Assembly: GCF_003704095.1 (NCBI RefSeq)
Contig: NW_020844174.1
Location: forward strand, 186,001 to 250,000
Reading direction: 5' to 3'
Source: Pocillopora damicornis
Taxonomy: Eukaryota
DNA: 64,000 nucleotides
The notes under the pieces were generated by a model, which was not told the DNA's origin, made no database searches, and worked only from the letters and a program-made list of their open reading frames with translations. Of the stretch, positions 1 to 13,200 are shown piece by piece. A program made the translations under genes and the position numbers. Each line of letters starts with the position of its first letter. The first letter of the stretch is position 1.

Positions 1-29
1 GTCGCGCGCGCTTTTAACCCTGTTAACTC

Positions 30-241
30 TTAACCCGTAAACTCCCAAATTCTCATTAGTAATTCTCCTTACTGTCTGCCACATAGTTTTTGTGATGTTA
101 TTTTGGAGAATTTGGTGTTGGATCAAGTAATAATGCCCTAATAAATATTTTTCTTTATTCTCATCACCTGTCTACTTGATATTGTATTGATATTGTAAGG
201 AGAAGTTTTGTCTTGGTCACTCATGGTAGTTAAAGGGTTAA
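30..241. mobile_element. piggyBac-like MITE family A copy
   Basis: Shared internal sequence (aattctccttactgtctgcc...gatattgtaaggagaa...ttggtcactcatgg), ending in AAAGGGTTAA. Confidence 0.8.
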
Positions 242-2863
242 GAATGCCCATCCTCTAACTTCTTACAATGTCATCACTCAATCAAACATAAAGGTCATGA
301 GAAGAAAGGAAATGATCCCCCGCCTAAGTTGTTGATTGTTTACTATTTTCTCCTCACCATTATCATAGGAAACGCATAGAGAACAACGAGGAGAATATGC
401 ACACTGGTGCTATGGTGTAAAGGTAACTTAGACGTCACGCAAGGTAAGTTTTATATGATAGTATTGAACCTTACTTATGGCGAGTTCCTTGGTTTTTGCA
501 TTTAAAAAAAGAAACCTCTGGTACAGTTTCGGACCCCACAGAAGCTTTTAAAAAGGATTCCAAGCATAGGATTAAGGCGACCGTCCGGACCTGAGAGGGG
601 GGTAGTGTGAAGAGTGTACTATCCTTCAGAAGGACGCAAGAAGAAAAAACGAAAAAAAAAAAATTACAAACGTGCCGTTAAACATCACTGTCAAACCTTT
701 CTTAAGCGCTTGAAGGTTACTCTCTTTCTCAATCGTAGACAATTTACCCCCCTTTTAGGCCCAAGGCCGACATCGTCTCCTTTTCGTACCTTTGTAGTTT
801 TAAATGGAGGGGAAGAAGGGCGAAGAAAGAAGAAAGAAAGGAAGTATTTAGCCGCGAACATCTCGATGCCTTTCTTCTACTCTCTTACTTCATTCACATC
901 AAGGTTTTAATTTTCGCCTTTCTGTGCGATGGATTGACTTAACACCTGTAAAGGCTTCTGTTCACTTTGCATCATCACTTTGCGACTTATTCGATCATCT
1001 TTAAACCACACAAGAAGCCATGTTTCATTCTGTCCCAAAATGGACAAATACGGCCTGTTTATTCACAGCAGTTAATCTCATTTACAGACCCCACTAAAGC
1101 TACACAGTAGCAACTACTACATCTCTGCCTCCTTTCTTCCTAACGTATACCGAGGTGCAGTATATTAATGCATAAATACTCAAGGTTTAGATAGGAAACG
1201 TTAATTTTCTTAAAAGCACGGGATCTTCAAGGGTTAGCACCGTTTCACACCAAAGTCTTACATTAAAACAGAACTCCATATTAAAAAACATCGACAGACT
1301 AAAACAAACAGCACCACACAAACATCTACTTTAGTTGCTCCAAAAGGTTTTCTGGAGTTTCTAAGTTTTGAACTTAGTCACACAGAGCACATATAAGGAA
1401 CGAACCATTTCAATTACTCTGTCCTCTATGATAAACGGTACTTAATTAAGGCACTGCTCAAGAACGTTGAAATTGTCATGCACAGAACGATACTCCATCA
1501 CATTATGAAGCAGTGTTTGGGAGTTTTCCTTTTATATCAAATTCCGGCGGAATTATGATCAGACATCACAGATTAAACTTGTACTTTGTGAATTTTAAGC
1601 CATGTTTTCATATATAGCTTTCCCACAAAAGTTTAAAACAGAAAACACAGTTGTGCTGTCTACCGTACAAGAGAGTTCTTGGCGTAGCCTAAATTTGCAT
1701 GATCTTACTAAACAACACTTTTGAAGTAAAACTCAGTATCTTTCGTCCTAAAATAAGAGGGGTGTAAAGGTCGACGTCATTCGTGTTACATGTAAATCCC
1801 AGCAACTGTTTCTCACTTCTGGGTTTGTACCGAATACTTCGTTTTTTGGTTTGGATTTGTTCCAAACCATTGTCATAGTAATATTGCGACGAGAATGAAC
1901 GACATTTCTAAACGACCCAATGTGATCAGAAAAAGATATACACTGAGCACTGCCAAGTACGTTAGAGAAAATAACACCACGCCAAGGGTCGTCCGTGACG
2001 AACGCACCTTGCACAAAGATCATTATAATAATTATGATTTTGAATGAAATTTTTCAGTCGTTTGAACAATCGTTTAGGGGAAGTTCTTTTCTTTTCCCTT
2101 TAAAGCACCTTAAATACACTTAACACTGACACACGAGGCGTAAACATATCTTGAAAATGACCAAATCGAAGGGGAAAGATGAGGGCCATTTAGTCAAACT
2201 CAAGTGCGAGCAGTCGAGAAACTGAGAGTTTTTTTTTTACCCGCATTACAGCTGTATGAAGTTATAAAAGTTACAACGCGTTGCTTTGCAACGCCTCTAA
2301 GACAACATTTAATCAAATTGTAACACTGTCTTTCAGCCATGCTAAAGAGCCGTTACTTTGATTAACTAGACTAAAACCAAACATTCATTTTTTTTTTCGG
2401 TCCAAGTAGCTTGGAGCCAATGTAATACCCTATTTTCGAAAAGATAACAACACCCCTCTGCCATTTGTAGCTGTTCCCCTCCCTCGCAGGTGACATTTAA
2501 GGAACCTGCCAGACGGCTACAAATGAGCAAGCACTAAAATGCATGAAGTTGGCGGATGCCAATGATTTGAAACAACGCGCGTGTTTGTGTTTCAACCCGC
2601 CACCGACTTCTCACGCTTGGCTATCAAAGCTCAGGCTAAGCGGGCTAAGAGGGAACCTAAAATAAAACTTCACGTACAAAACAGAAAACCCTAATACCTA
2701 GCTAAGGAAATATTTAAATTACAACCTCTCGATCTGCATTGCAGATCTGTTCACTAACCACACTCCCCCCTAGAAGCCATACATGGTATGAAAGATCTGG
2801 TCACTGAACGACACAACAGTGAGATTGGCCATGACCTTATCAAATAATTGTCACGTGTCGTGC

Positions 2864-5800
2864 TTAACAGCTGACACGTGCGCAGCATTTGATGTTGGTC
2901 TTTTTGGCCTCCAATTTATTTCCATCATCTCCAGCTGCTGCTTTCCTTTTGGATGAAGAGACTTTTCCACAAGGACCCACAGGCTCTGGTAACTTCACGA
3001 CCTCCGCCTTCACCGCCGCCGAGGCATCCACATCCTCAATGTTGTCGTCTGTGATTTCTCCTTCCACGTCTACGTCTTCATCCTCGTCGTCCTCAGAGGC
3101 TTCCTTCTCGTGCTTCTCTACGTTGGAGTGTTCCAACTTCCCGTTGGTGACACCTTCCATATTCACTTTGGTGCCATCTACATCAGATTCTTCACCAGAA
3201 GTGAACGAGGTCTGAGTTGCAACGGAAACTGGCGAAGCCAGCTTTTCTTCGCTTTTCACTTTTACCTCGGTCTGGACAGACGTTGTCTCATTGAGAGGCT
3301 GACAAGCCTTGGAATTATTGCCTCCTTGCGAGGAAGCCTTAAAAAGTTCCTGTTGAAGGATCAACTCGTTCTTCAGTGCCAACAATCGCTGCTTGCTGGT
3401 GCTGTTGCTGACTTTAAGGAGGTCTCTCTCTGCTTCAAAATCACGTTCGCGCTTCTTCAAGGTCTAAGGACAAATTAACGAGTAAAGTAACATGCTATAT
3501 TCTAACTAAAATTTCAAAAACGGAAAAAGGGCCCATTTGTCTCATTATTTTGACCCTTTAATCCCTAAGGGTTACTAGCATCTAATTTCTCACTAGGTTA
3601 TCACTACTGAATCTAACATAAAGGCTCATGAGAATCAAGGAAATGATTGCAAACTTGAACAGCTCTTGATTTTTAACTAAATTCTCCTTGTCATCGCCAT
3701 GAGAAATATATAAAGTACACTATGGAGAATATGCATGCTGATGTTAGGATGTACAGGGTTAAGCTCCTCTCTGACTGAGGTCACTCCATCAATTAGTCAG
3801 TCATTCCTCAATCAATTGGTCTGTCATTCAGTAATCTTCACCAAACCCAGTTCACCATTTCACACCTTAAAGTGGCTGCTATCTTATTTCTCCTTACAGT
3901 ATCACCTCTGAATCAAACATTAAGGGCATGAGAATATACGAAGTGATCTCTGACTAAAGAAGCTCTTGATTTTTTGACAAATTCTCCTTGTTAACATCAT
4001 GGGAAATGACCAAAGAACAGTGTTAAGAATATGCCTACTAATCTTAGAGTGTCAAGGGTTAAGCATTTCACAGAAAATGCACAGTTTAAGTATGCATGTT
4101 TAAATGTTAACATAACACAAAGCAGTCTAAAATGTACTTTATTCTGGTGTAGCTTTAAATCAGTTCCCAAAAACCTTACTTTCAAGGAAAAATAGTTTCT
4201 GCTATCCCCTATCCAAGAATGTCCATTAGAAACCCTTTAACTCCCAAGAACTGATTGTTCATTCTCCCCTCTGGCTGCTATACATTTCCTTGTAAATTAC
4301 TTATGAGAATTTGGTGTTAGATCAAGATAACAACTTCCACCTGATACATTTGAGTATTCTCATTACCTGTTTGCTGTATAGTGCATGGATATTGTAGGGA
4401 GAAGTTACTTATAAATCACTTTTGGGAGTTAAAGGGGTACATAATGGCCATCTACTCCACTTGAAAATTACTATTACAACATCATGACCACTCAAAAACC
4501 TTTATTAAAATCTATGAATGCTTAACATTTAACAGAGATTAGAAGAGCCACAATAAGGACTCAGAATGGATTCAGGAAGACTGGTTGGCTTCAGAAATAA
4601 TCATTTGCAGTTTGTAAAATTCCTTTTTGTTAGTGAGGGTGTATAATAATATATTCAACACAGCATTGTCATAAAAACTATTCAACAAACTGCTCTCAAA
4701 TACTCTTGTATTTATTTCATGGCCAAATGTAGTAGTTCCTGTTGTATCATCATATTTCAAGAAAGATAAATGCAACATTTTTTAAAACAGTTAACATACA
4801 TTAAGCAGATAAAGTCAGTGTTTCTGAAGCTGAATGCTCCCTATTACTCACTGAATAAATGCTATCTTTTTTCAAGTTAAAGATATGATGTTAAGAACCT
4901 GCTGTGATATGCCCACATCCAGACATTACAGAAGATGTTCCAAAATTTCCAAAGACCAAATTCTAAATATCTCCAAAGGTAACTTGAAGGATTAACACTC
5001 AAACTTACTACAAGTGTTCTCCCTTAAACAACCAAAGATCTGGGCTAATATACAATGATTCACATAAACCTTCTATTTTTGTGTATGATTGAGTTAATGT
5101 TATGTTATATTTTTTTTCAAGTGCACCAGTCCAGGCTATCACAGCAAAAAATTCTTGTTCCACAGACAATCAACCAAGGATGTTTGGAATTCAGAAAGTT
5201 TTTTTTTTTTTCTTTTTCTTAAATTCAAGATGTATTGATCAGTATCCTACAAAACCCTTAACACCATGTCTTGTTCTTCCATTAAATTTTTCCTAACAAG
5301 GAGTTGGATGAGATGGAAGTTAATATTCCCAAATTAGTGTGTGTCATTTTGAAGTCATTCTTGAGCTTCATCTACCTAACTGGTCTCATATTTGGAGTTG
5401 TAAAAGAAGAAAACAATTTATCCTCCATCAGAACTCAAGCCTAACTGATGCCTACATTGCAATTATTGACTCATTCTCCCCCCTCCCTGTTAAAATGAAT
5501 AATAGTGAAAATTGGGTTGCATGAAAAGGAGTCAATGTTGAAAGGCAAGGGAAGGGCTCTCAATTAACACATCAAACATACAGATTTAACCTTAGGTGCT
5601 TATGCATCACACAAAAGGATTAAATCTTACAATCTCACACTGAAGCTTTCATTTCTCACAGGTTTAAAAATGTGATTTAAGCTGTTTCTGAATAGCAGAG
5701 GAAATTTTCACTCAGGATAAAGGAAAGTACATACTAACTTATTCACTATTTATAAGAAGAGTATACCCTCATAATCCACCAGGTAGGTGAAACCTACTGA

Positions 5801-8800
5801 ACCTCTCTGGAGGATTTTTTTTTCAAAAATACTTCATTACATTGAAGAGGAAGAAACACCACTGCTGGAAGTGGTCAGCTTGGACAGTTTACATACAGGA
5901 ATCCACAGTTAAAGACAACTTAGGTATACAGGGAGATCTCTGAAAGCATACTTAATATGATCTTTTCATTCCATTAATCCCTTTGCTCCAAAGATCTCAA
6001 TGGTAAATCTCCTTACTGTCTGCTATACAATTTTCATGATGATATTTTGGAGGATTGGATATTAGATCAATTTATGATCCCCTTATAAATATTTTTCTTT
6101 CCCTAAATACTCATCTGCTGGATATTGTTTAGATATTGTAAGGAGAAATTGTCTTGGTCACTCGTGGGAGTTTAAGGGTTTAACCTGTTAACTTTTTGAA
6201 ATTTATGTTTCACAGAAAATGGCATCAAATTCTCTACTCCTTTTGAAGGAAAGAAAGTTTTGATATACTAAGCCAATTGTACTGCACTTTTCTCTATAAT
6301 TTCACTCAAAATAATCAGTCAAAACCGAGAAAAGGAAATCTGTCACACAAAGAAATATTCTGTATTATTTACTTTTTGACACTTATTTCAAGCATAGCAT
6401 TTCATAAATAGAGTTGCTGTGATAATTTTTCTCCTCTAAAATACCTCCCTCCATTGATGAAAGCATAATCACTCCTGTTCTTGTTTTCATTCAAGCTTTA
6501 TACTTCACATAAATTTTGAAAACATGTTCACTGAGGCCAAAACCTGATTTTTCTCTTCCATCATCCCATAAAATTAAATTTCAACTGCTTACATCTTGTT
6601 ACCCCTAATAATACACCTGCTAAGCTGCTGTGAGCTTGCACTGATCCAATTGGCAAAACAATACTGCAAAGAGATAGTTTTTTGTTTTTATCTTGGGAAC
6701 TTAAATAATTTAGTTGTAAACAAAAAGGTCTCTTGAACATAAGAACCTTGAAATCAGATTAAAATAAACAAACACCAATATCAAATGCTTAAGGTTTCCA
6801 AAAGCAAAGAGGATCAACGCTTAGATTCTTAAGACATGTTCTTAGAGACCACAATAGTTCTTAATAATCTATTGTGACGAATTGTTAAATGTTCATAAGT
6901 ATAATTGTTCTATGTAGAAGTTATATGCCAATAATATAATGACATTTTCTATTGAATTCCTGTTAAATTACATTGTTCACATTTTTTTCTCATTTCAGAC
7001 ACAGAACCTTTGTTCAAAGGTTTGTAGCTGACACAAAGGGTCCAAAATGAAAACAAAAACATTTTGAGTTTCTCCTGAGCTGTTTAAGTCTAGGTGTTGC
7101 TAACAGAGTTTTAATTCACATGATCATTAATTAAAAACTGACCTCAAACAGTTTTTCGTTAATTTGCCTGTCTTGTCAACGAGAGTTTCACTGGTTTCAT
7201 TTCAAATGAAGTTATGAAGACTTAAGTTCAGTATAATTGCAAGCATGACATTCAAAGGAAAACAAATTCATGGCAGAGGTTACCTATTGAGGCTTGCAAC
7301 TTATAACTGGAAAGATAAATTTTAAAATAAAGCCATGTAATGGAATTCTGCTGAGTAATTACATTAGTTGGACAATAGTATAACCATTCTAGCTTCCAAA
7401 AATTAACTGGCTTCCTCCGATCGTCTGATTGGGTTTACTTGCAACTCAGCTGGGTTCGAGGGATTTAAGCTAGCCTTGAAACATCAAACGCACGGAAATT
7501 TTCAGTCATCAGATCGCCGAATTGACAAAAGGAGACAAAAATTACTCGACCGTGAAAATGAAAACACAAAGACGCCGGAACTCGTGACTCTCGTGGGACA
7601 AAATTCCATGCCGACCACAACAAAGTTAAGTATTTACTTTCAAAAAATCTGACTAGCTATTGGCAAACAAATCTGCGGTAACGTAATACTTTTGATATTC
7701 TACTGAGTGGGTGTAGAGTAAACGTAAAATTTAATGCAGCGGTTAGGAGAAAGAGCAGTTACTAATAACGATGCACAAGCACTAATCACACATTTTTTGG
7801 GCCACTAACCAGCGATTGACACAGTATTTCATCTCTAACACGGACTTTGTACATTAAATGTATATTTAGACACATATGTTTTACTTTATCATGTTCGATG
7901 TGAACTCGTCTGAGACACAGAGCTTGCTCTGCCTGAACTTGTTCGCATCTTGCACAATAGGTTCAATAAAGTCAATAGCTATTCAAATTCAAATTATACA
8001 GACAGAACAGTTGCCAACCATATCTCAAGAAACTATACTACCTATCGACGTTCGATTGAGGAAAATTAATAATAGTCCCCTCACCTGTATGTGCTTGAGC
8101 GCACTTCGCAAGATGTTTAGGTTTGATGTTTTCTTATCTTCCAGTGAAGGGACTTCTTTTTTCAAGATATCGAAGCATTCTTTCAAGTGCGCACGTCTGG
8201 ATGTGCAAATAAAATAAGCAATTATAAATTCAACTTTCAGCTTAATTTTTCTCATCTCTAAGCTTATATCGGTACTTTATGTGTATAACCTCATCAGATC
8301 ACGCAGTAAAGAATTGTACTTGTAGTAATCTGACAAATAGGAAGAATATCCTGCTTTCAGAAAGTAGGGAAGAATAAGAGATACAAAGTTCAACAGTCAA
8401 AGCTTCATAGCTCCGCGTACAAGGCGCAGACAAGTTAACACGACCGCCATGATATGAAGAATATGCTTCGCGTGCAGATAAACTAAAATCTGGTTCCCTC
8501 ACAATGTTATGAATTCAACTTGAGAAATCACTTACCTGTTTTTCTCTAGTTTGTTGTGCGTTTCTCTAGTCCCGGCCCTAGAAGGGAAAACAGATTTCTT
8601 GAAAATCTTGCCCAGCATAACAAACTGACACCGTGACCGCTTTCTCAGAGCGGCAAGCATCTACATGAACTTACCCTCCAGGTCTTCGTCGTCTTTCAAG
8701 GGGCTCGCATTCCGAAATAGCTCTTCTCCTTTCGGTGTGAACAGAGGGAGAGTGAACTAGAATGCATAAAGAGAGACCAAATACATTGTCATCGGAAAAT

Positions 8801-8964
8801 TGTCGTGATCGTAGAAAGAATTTTAACACAGGCCTTCACACCAACAGAATATTTGCACATGGCTACTCGACCGTACCACGTGCGATTGCCGAATCGTCCT
8901 TAGATGATCCTCGAGAAGAAGATTCTACGAACTTGGCGGCTTCTAGTAACGTGTCCAAACTCAT
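2864..8964 (-). CDS. MNT: MAX network transcriptional repressor (Mnt-like, SID + bHLH-Zip), 5 coding exons, ~307 aa
   Basis: Exons 8964-8877, 8756-8675, 8577-8536, 8196-8085, 3463-2864, with GT-AG boundaries and compatible phases. N-terminal SID MSLDTLLEAAKFVE resembles MNT MSIETLLEAARFLE. bHLH GTRETHNKLEKNR/RAHLKECFDILKKEVPSLEDKKTSNLNILRSALKHIQ is followed by zipper TLKKRERDFEAERDLL. Confidence 0.9.
3551..3762. mobile_element. TTAA-ended MITE family B (~210 bp)
   Basis: Shared motifs gaatc(a/t)aacataaagg..catgagaat..aggaaatgat...agctcttgatt..aaattctcctt..ggagaatatgc..AGGGTTAA. Other copies at ~250-425, ~3855-4062 and ~49867-50435 (interrupted). Confidence 0.75.
5974..6183. mobile_element. 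piggyBac-like MITE family A copy in MNT intron 4
   Basis: Same internal sequence; ends GGGAGTTTAAGGGTTTAA. Confidence 0.75.
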
Positions 8965-9150
8965 AACGCGAATAAAAGAAACTAGAAAATTCCTTGCAAG
9001 GATCTGTAGCAGCGCAATGCGTATCCCTTCCCACTCGCCGTCGCTCAATCCATGTGCACTCTTCACTAATAACAACACTGACGGAACAAAAGCTCTCAAA
9101 GTGCTGGAACGTAGAATTTACTTAGATGATTGACAGCTCGGACAGTTTGA

Positions 9151-9225
9151 TCCAATCAGAAACCAGGGATTGAAAACCACGTGGCCCCAACTGAGATCCA
9201 TGTGGCTAAGCCTCGATCTCACATG
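9151..9225. promoter_or_regulatory. Putative MNT proximal promoter: CCAAT box plus E-boxes
   Basis: CCAATCAG at ~9152, CACGTG 9178-9183, CATGTG ~9199-9204 and CACATG ~9220-9225, about 200-260 bp upstream of the MNT ATG. Confidence 0.4.
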
Positions 9226-10270
9226 TACACAAACACACCCTTAAGATAGTCTATTCTCCTCTCACCGACTCCCTGCGTCTTTTAAATATAATTTTCAAAA
9301 CATAAACTTTTTGAAAGATGATACATGCAATACTAGCATGAAAAAGAAAAAGCCTTTTCCGGAACTAAGAGCCTTTTTTTTAAGTAATACTTTTTTCCTG
9401 CTTCTGACAAGTTTGACAAACATCATAGCACTACATTTTTAACTTTTAGTTGGTGTGCATCAAAGAGAAGAATAAGTCGCTACGTGAGTAAACAAGTTGT
9501 TTAATGAGAAAATTTTAGAACTAGATCTACGCCGATCATTACCATTTGGAATTAAGTAACAATCGAAGGCATAATTCGTTGTTTTTTCTCCCTCTCTCTT
9601 TGTGTTTTCGCCTCAGGTTATCAAAAATATACTTTACTATCACATGCTTCAGGTTAACGGTGCTCTCCAAACCAACAACAAACGATCGACTACCAGCGTT
9701 CTCCGCAAGATGAGTCCTTTGAAATGACCATGACCCTAGTACTGTCAAAATACATGCATTGTGCAGGGTGTAGCTTTAAGAATTTTTCAAAAATTTTTTT
9801 CTAAATTAGTTTTGCGTTTGTTTGATTCGGATGGAAATGAAAAATTCTTAGTGAGAAAGATTGTTTGGCGTGACACGTCAACATGATTGATGCCGAACTC
9901 GATACTTGATGGGCTTGCATATGTCAATCGGCGCGGATACTAAGCTCATAAGTAAGTCAACATGGCGGCATGTAGTTGGCAAGCGAAACAGCAATTTTCT
10001 CCCTGAAATCGCAGATGTAGAAACTCAGAAAAATCACATTTCACTGTCCATTACAGTGGCGGTGGATTTTTTACCCATTTTCGACTGAATAGTTCTCTAT
10101 TTAGGTAAATTCAACGACTTTCGATGGCTTTTGCACCTGAAACTTGATTGCGTCTCAGTCCGCTAATGACTACGTGTACGCTTTGAACTGTAATAACACC
10201 TGCAATTTTTTCTTTGTTCTCTCCAAGTCTGTAGCTTGAGGAAGACAGAGGGAGTCAAAAGCCTAGAAAT

Positions 10271-13200
10271 ATGGTCGATTGTAAGGGTGGAAAGAATTTA
10301 TTTGGATTCGCCATTGCTCGACCGCCATGTGTTGTTTTTATAGTTTGTATAGCGGCCTTCGCCATTGGTTTATTTTCTCTTGGCTTTTTCATTAAGACAT
10401 ATGGTTGGTTTGACACCGCTGATGCCCGCGAAGAGGTTTGCAGTTTGTTTTTTTTTCCATATCCCCTCATATAAATTTTTGTTAGATTTCAACGTAAGTC
10501 TGGTCTTCCTCATAACTGTTTTCTGACACGGATGTCACGCCAGGAATTGAACGGGGAGGGGAGGGTCATTGTAAACACAATTTTTCAGTACTTGTCGTGA
10601 ATTATTTTAATTGTGATTTATAAGTTGTGATAACGAATGAGGAAATTATGTGAGTGACCTTCATGTTATCAAAGAACAAAATCCCTTAGACTTCCTCAAA
10701 GCATGTATCAGTTTCACACTAGCATACCATCAAAAGTTTTCAGAGTTTTTATTCCCACCGTTCCCTTGTTGAAACGAATTGCGGTGATTTCACCAACGAG
10801 TGATTTTGCCAACGTCACGTTCGCCAATGTCTTTGGTTGCTTCGCCAACACGATGAGTCGCTTCGCCAACATCCTACTGGTCACTTTGCCAACGCCAAAT
10901 ATCTAGTAATAACTTAGTGTTTCTTGACTGTGTTTCTTGTAATACTTATATACTCTTGATCAAAGTTATAATATGGGCTGGAGTTATAGAATTAGTAGTA
11001 GTAGTAGTCTACAATGTATTTATATAAATCTCTGTTCTAGAAGTCTCAAAGGTAATTATATAAATCTCTGTTATCGACAAATAAACCTTATAGAAGAACT
11101 TAAGGAAAAGGTTGCACACATGCGACTTTATTGCTCTAAGTTAAATTCAGCAACATACAGCGCCGGTGACGCGTGGCGTGCCGTGCATTTATATGGGCCC
11201 ACTGTGTTTTAAGTTGCGCGTACAAGAGAAGGAAACTAAGTCCGAACAAAATAATGGAAGGAAACTAAGTTCGAACGGGGAAATCAAGTCAGCTCAGTCA
11301 AATAAATAACACACAGAAGCAAGAAGAAGTAATGGTAAATTTTTATATTTAGAGTAAACTAATACATCGGCGAAGGGATCAGTAGGACGTGACCAGTAGG
11401 ACTTTTCGCTTTGGCGAAGCGACCTAAGACGTTGGCGAATGTGACGTTGGTAAAATCACTCGTTGGCGAAATCACCAGATAGCATTGAAACCTGTGAAAT
11501 GTTCGCCATTGATTGTGGTCCTTGGTAAACTTTTTCATTAATTTTTGAGACATCCTTCTGATGCTGTGCAGATTTTAACAACTCATTTTTGGCAGTATTG
11601 AATAGCCACTGAAGTATTGTGAAAAATGTAGAACTGGGTGACCTGAAGGATGGCGGGTGTACAGATCAAGCCTTTCATCCATTGCTATTGTTCCATGCTA
11701 GAGAACTTAATGATATCCCCTTCCTGTTCTCTCTCTCATCATCCTGACAGACCAAAGGGCCTTTTATTTGTTTTTTTTTCATGGAACATTATGTGATGAT
11801 GAGGAAATCAGAACAAATAAGTCATTTGTGTGACATGGTTAAACAATGAAATTGCCAAGAAATCCATTTTGGTTTTTAAGGTGAATGTAGAGTAGACTTG
11901 GTAAGCCTACCTTTTCATTTCCAGGTTTTAGAGGTGGGCTATTGCTACCAAATTGCAAATTCACCCAGAACACACCTGTTATCTCAAAGATAAATGTGAA
12001 TCTTACTTCTGCTGTATCAAACAAGTTGCGCTCAGGGAGCCTCTGATTGTATCAGGTCCTTTGTCAAAGTCAACCTCAACATATTTTTCCAATAAAAACC
12101 ATACTGATAAGCACTTGTGTAACAGAAGAGCCCAAAATATGGAAAGCTTTGTGATTGTAATTAAGTGGTTGATCATTTATAAATTTTTTTTTAATCGTAG
12201 GAATGGGGATCAGTGCTAGGTTATTTGAGTTCCTCTGAATTTTGTATGTTTGGTGACCAGAGCTTCTCTGGAAATATCACTGGTGACAATTCAACGAATA
12301 TAACTGGTGCTATACCTGATGGGTTTACCACAGTATCTGTACCAGTGCTTCATCTGGCTGTGAACCCCTCGGTTAATTTCAGTGCTGTAGTGAAGAATGT
12401 CACACATGTTACAGCACAAATACCAACATCAGAATTGGGTTTAAAAGGTTAGTACTCTGGAAATAAATTCTTCATTTTGATATAATTGATGATGATAAAG
12501 CTTTGTAAGTGATCATCCTTGTTACAGACAGCTTTATGGAGATACAAACTGTTGGAATAAGGTAGAAAATGGTTAATTTTAACCAAACACATTTAATTAT
12601 TGAGCATTAGTCCTCTGTCATTCACTCTGTTAAAGGGTTACTGCTTGAAACAGCAGCTTTGAAACTCTTTCTGGTGGCCAATTTACATTATCAACTCAGT
12701 TGATGAAACCAAATTATCTTGTTACACTTCCCTACTAACGCAGCACCACAGTTTCTTTAGAAGCTTACCCCTTTATCAACCCAGATTACTTTTGACACTC
12801 GAAGTTGTGTAGTTTGCAGGGCTTTAGAGTATCAAACATTTATTGTTGCTTTCTTGTCATTAGGTTTTTGGGGGAATTCAGTGATCAATGTCACATTGTT
12901 TTTTCATCAACCATGGTTCATGGGTATGTTAAATGTTCATTGTAGCATGGTCATCACCCAATAGTATTCTTCTGATTGGATTATCTATTTACACTGAGCA
13001 CATGTTAAGATGAAAAGAGCTTCAGCATGTAAGGCACTCACATGAAAGCCTCCGTTCTTATACTTGAGAAGCTATGACTTGAGGTGACCTTGGGTGATGA
13101 GAGAGGACCAGTAAAAATTAATGAGCTGGGGTTCTGCTGATAGGTTAGGTGGAGTAACTGTATTATAATCATTTGTTTTTGTCTCTAGACTCAATATATA

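Noticed and set aside
2889-3478. Plus-strand ORFs overlapping the last MNT exon (similar antisense ORFs overlap the TIR, HGH1 and CABIN1 genes)
   Set aside because: These are antisense shadows of real coding exons with no independent motifs.
12601-12660. Active hammerhead ribozyme in the Penelope-like repeat (a similar relic lies at ~60515-60550)
   Set aside because: The expected CTGANGA core reads CTGTTAA and the stems are mismatched, so it is at best a decayed relic.
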